Shown here in pieces: positions 60,868 to 64,000 of a stretch of DNA of 64,000 bases. This DNA is from an uncultured delta proteobacterium (GTDB taxonomy: Bacteria; Desulfobacterota; Binatia; Binatales; Binataceae): NCBI GenBank assembly GCA_963808235.1, contig CAWEEQ010000004.1:1472001-1536000 (forward strand). Reading direction: 5' to 3'. The first letter of the stretch is position 1; every line of letters begins with the position of its first letter. Under the pieces are notes generated by a model that saw only the letters and a list, made by a program, of their open reading frames with translations, had not been told where the DNA came from and made no database searches. Made by a program: the position numbers and the translations under genes.

Positions 60868-61506
60868 CTAGCGCTTGCGCTGGTACATCCGCCACGTCTT
60901 GACTCCGAGCGGATACAACTCGCCAAGCACCTCGTAACCCTTGCCGCTGTAGAACGCGACGTTGGCTTCGGTGGCCGTCTCCAGGTACACACCCGCGATC
61001 TCGGGGCGCACGCTCGCTTCGAGCTTGAGCCGGTCGAGCAGCGCGCTGCCATAGTGCTTGCCCTGAAACGGCGGGTCGACGCCGAGCACTTGCAGGTACA
61101 GATGAGGCTCTTTGGGATGATTCTCCGAGAGCACGCTGAACAGGTTAAGCGCGCGGCCGATTCCGCTCCATCCGAGCGCGCGGACCATCCGCGGCATCTG
61201 CCCAAGTCCGGTCATCAGCAAGCCGAGCACGCCGGGATGCCCGACACCTTCGCTCATCGCGGCTCCGACCACGCGTCCATTGTCGTCGACCACGCCGAAG
61301 ACCGGCTGTCCGCTGCGCCGCTCGATCGCGAGCATCGCGCGGAACAAGTCGGCCAGATGCTCGGCGCGCGCAACCGGATCGGTGATGTCCGGAAGGATCG
61401 ACCGCATGGTCGGATCGTTTATAAAGGCGCGTCCGAGCGAGACCGCGGCCTGATCGTGTTGCTCGGGATATACGACGGTGACTAGCGGCCTTTCATTTTC
61501 AGGCAT
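60868..61506 (-). CDS. GNAT N-acetyltransferase
   Basis: YLQVLGVDPPFQGKHYGSALL, YLET…NVAFY…GYE. Confidence 0.88.
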   Translation of the reverse strand: MPENERPLVTVVYPEQHDQAAVSLGRAFINDPTMRSILPDITDPVARAEHLADLFRAMLAIERRSGQPVFGVVDDNGRVVGAAMSEGVGHPGVLGLLMTGLGQMPRMVRALGWSGIGRALNLFSVLSENHPKEPHLYLQVLGVDPPFQGKHYGSALLDRLKLEASVRPEIAGVYLETATEANVAFYSGKGYEVLGELYPLGVKTWRMYQRKR

Positions 61507-61530
61507 TCGATTCTCCAGGCTTAAGCAAGT

Positions 61531-63033
61531 TCAATGTTGAGAAGATGTAAGTACGCGCCCGACCGCGTCATGCCATCCCGCGAGCAACTTATCGCGTTCG
61601 GCCGAGCGCATTTTCGGGGTGAACACGTCGCCGCGCTTGATGATCGCGTGCAAGTCCTCCGGCGATTTCCATACTCCCATCGCAAGTCCCGCCAGCATCG
61701 CGGCGCCCATCGCGGTGGTCTCCGCGATCTTCGCGCGACGCACCGGCTTGCCAAGAATATCGGCCTGGAACTGCATCAGGTAGCGGTTCGCGGTAGCGCC
61801 TCCGTCGGCGCGCAAGTCGCTCATCGATTCGCCGGTGTCGGATTCCATCGCAACGATCACGTCGCGCACCTGGTACGCGATACTGTCGAGCGTCGCGCGC
61901 ACGATATCGGCGGCGGTTGTCCCGCGCGTGATTCCGAGTATCGCGCCCGTTGCAGTCGCATCCCAATGCGGTGCGCCTAGTCCGACGAAAGCCGGAACCA
62001 CGTATGGCTGTGTGCGGTCCGGATTTTTCCTCAAGCTCGCACGCGCCTGCTCATAAGAATCCGCCGCGGTGCGAATCAACTTCAGCCCGTCGCGAAGCCA
62101 TTGCACGGCCGCGCCTGCGATGAACACCGAACCTTCCAATGCGTATACAGGCTCCCCGGCTGGACCGAGTGCGGCCGTGGTCAGCAAGCGATTTTTCGAG
62201 ACCACGATTGCGCCGCCCGTGTTCATCACCAGGAACGCGCCGGTTCCATAGGTCGCCTTCGAATCGCCGGCGTGAAATCCTCCCTGTCCGTAGAGGGCTG
62301 ACTGCTGATCGCCGATCACTGCCGCGATTGGTATCGCGCGTGAGGCGATCGTACCGGCCGCCGCCTCTGCCAGCGGACCTCGCGAACTCACCGCCGCCGG
62401 GATCATCTCGCGCGGCACCCCGAGCATCGCAAGCATCGTGTCGTCCCATTGAAGATGTTCGAGATTGAATAGCATCGTGCGCGACGCGTTGGTGTAGTCA
62501 GTCACGAAACTCGCGCCGCGCGACAATTTAAAAGTGAGCCAGGTGTCGATCGTGCCGAAGCACAGCTCGCCCCGACTCGCGCGCGCGCGCAATTCGGGTT
62601 TCGCGTCGAGCAGCCACTTGAGCTTGGTGCCGGAGAAATATGGATCGACAATCAACCCGGTGCGGCGAATGACTTCGGGCTCGCGATCGCGCAGGGCGTC
62701 GCAGATTTCCGCGCTGCGGCGGCATTGCCATACGATCGCGCGATGCACCGGGCGGCCGCTCTTGCGCTCCCACACCACGAACGTTTCGCGCTGATTGGTG
62801 ATGCCGATTCCCGCAATCGCGCTCGCATCGATCTTCGCCGCGGCGATCGCTTTTTTCGAGAGCGTGACCACCGAGCGGTAGATTTCCTCTGGGTCATGCT
62901 CGACCCATCCCGGCTTCGGATAGAATTGACGAATCTCGGCATAGGCGCGCCCGCGGATACGCGCGCCGCGATCGACGACGAACACGGTCGTGCCGGTGGT
63001 CCCCTGGTCGATGGCAAGTATGAAGTCTGGCAT
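61531..63033 (-). CDS. glpK: Glycerol kinase
   Basis: IDQGTT, GITNQRET, IVWQCRR, DPYFSGTK, GDQQ, TYGTG, DGGA. Confidence 0.95.
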   Translation of the reverse strand: MPDFILAIDQGTTGTTVFVVDRGARIRGRAYAEIRQFYPKPGWVEHDPEEIYRSVVTLSKKAIAAAKIDASAIAGIGITNQRETFVVWERKSGRPVHRAIVWQCRRSAEICDALRDREPEVIRRTGLIVDPYFSGTKLKWLLDAKPELRARASRGELCFGTIDTWLTFKLSRGASFVTDYTNASRTMLFNLEHLQWDDTMLAMLGVPREMIPAAVSSRGPLAEAAAGTIASRAIPIAAVIGDQQSALYGQGGFHAGDSKATYGTGAFLVMNTGGAIVVSKNRLLTTAALGPAGEPVYALEGSVFIAGAAVQWLRDGLKLIRTAADSYEQARASLRKNPDRTQPYVVPAFVGLGAPHWDATATGAILGITRGTTAADIVRATLDSIAYQVRDVIVAMESDTGESMSDLRADGGATANRYLMQFQADILGKPVRRAKIAETTAMGAAMLAGLAMGVWKSPEDLHAIIKRGDVFTPKMRSAERDKLLAGWHDAVGRVLTSSQH

Positions 63034-63210
63034 CGCTGTAGTTGCCTCTCCCGTACAGCGAGAGGCGATTAAGAATCCTATTTATAGAGTGCTCGCGCGA
63101 CAATCATCGCGGCACGCACTCGAACCCCGCGCATGCTTGCCTCGGATGTTTTCTTGAGTCCATGATAAGCGCGCTTGGCGGGCAGGCCTTCGTTAAGGAC
63201 CGTGAGATCG

Positions 63211-64000
63211 ATGAGTGAATTGGTCGAAAATAAAGAGGACCTGATCCGCTACTTCGAAGGCGGCGCCAAGCCGCGCGAGCAGTGGCGAATCGGCACGGAA
63301 TACGAAAAGGTCGCCGTTCGCAGCGCCGATGGGACCGCGATGCCCTATTCCGGCGCCGGCGGAGTCGAGGACCTCCTCCGCAAGATGGCCGACAACTACG
63401 GCTTCGAGCCCGAGGACGAGCACGGCCGCATCCTGGCCCTCAAGGGCGACCGCGCCGCGATCACGATCGAGCCCGGTGGACAGATCGAGCTGTCAGGCGA
63501 ACAGTGCGATACCATCCACTGCGCCTACGCCGAGTTCGCCACCCATGTACGACAGTTGATCGAAGTAACCAGCCGAATTGGCGCGACGGTCGTCGGCCTC
63601 GGGATGCAACCGCTCAGCCGCATCGATCAGATCGAGCTGTTGCCGAAGGCCCGCTACCACATCATGTATCCGTACATGGCGCGCAAGGGCACGCTCGGTC
63701 AACGCATGATGAAGCAGACCGCGGGCGTTCAGGCTAATCTCGATTACCGTGACGAGGCCGACGCGATGCGCAAGCTCCGCGTCAGCATGGGAATCGTGCC
63801 GCTGCTCTATGCGATCTTCGCCAACTCACCGCTGAGCGACGGCGATCTCAACGGCTATCACACTTTCCGCGGCCATATCTGGACCGACACCGACAACGAG
63901 CGCAGCGGGGTGCCCGAATTTGTCTTCCGCGATGGATGCTCGTTCGAAGATTACGCCGAGTATGCGCTCGACGTGCCGATGTATTTCCTGATTCGCCATC
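63211..64000 (+). CDS. gshA: Glutamate-cysteine ligase (GCS2 type), truncated by the window end
   Basis: Read manually because it is absent from the ORF track: WRIGTEYEK, EPGGQIELSG, PKARY, QANLDY, FANSP, IWTDTD. Confidence 0.9.
   Translation, partial: MSELVENKEDLIRYFEGGAKPREQWRIGTEYEKVAVRSADGTAMPYSGAGGVEDLLRKMADNYGFEPEDEHGRILALKGDRAAITIEPGGQIELSGEQCDTIHCAYAEFATHVRQLIEVTSRIGATVVGLGMQPLSRIDQIELLPKARYHIMYPYMARKGTLGQRMMKQTAGVQANLDYRDEADAMRKLRVSMGIVPLLYAIFANSPLSDGDLNGYHTFRGHIWTDTDNERSGVPEFVFRDGCSFEDYAEYALDVPMYFLIRH

Noticed and set aside
63211-64000. Functional link between glutamate-cysteine ligase and the CP-ATP-grasp cluster
   Set aside because: More than 40 kb apart; nothing in the sequence supports it.

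Overview
GC-rich bacterial chromosomal window. The alaC-hom-thrC-apgM-glpX gene order and the many acyl-CoA, LLM and hydrolase genes suggest a deltaproteobacteria-like soil lineage such as Binatia (inference only). In order it contains: a type II secretion operon gspE-F-G-H-I-J-K-L-M-N (0.3-9.5 kb); catabolic enzymes; a pair of ABC exporter subunits followed by a circularly permuted ATP-grasp/alpha-E/transglutaminase trio; a TetR with an FAD oxidoreductase; an isobutyryl-CoA-mutase-like acyl-CoA cluster; threonine and gluconeogenesis genes; and a candidate small RNA. Next comes an intact 2,650-bp IS1-like element (perfect 18-bp terminal inverted repeats, 8-bp target duplication) carrying a hicA-hicB-orf3 operon whose layout resembles a toxin-antitoxin-chaperone system with a non-SecB third gene. 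After it lie a KaiC-like/histidine-kinase operon with an AhpD-like sensor, tRNA-Arg(CCG), an orphan lptB, a GrrM/OscB-type radical SAM triceptide RiPP locus (precursor with six W-x-N motifs plus an uncharacterised third gene), glpK, and the start of a glutamate-cysteine ligase. About ten single-base frameshifts, several in housekeeping genes, most likely reflect long-read consensus errors rather than pseudogenes. All family assignments are from motif recognition; no searches were run.
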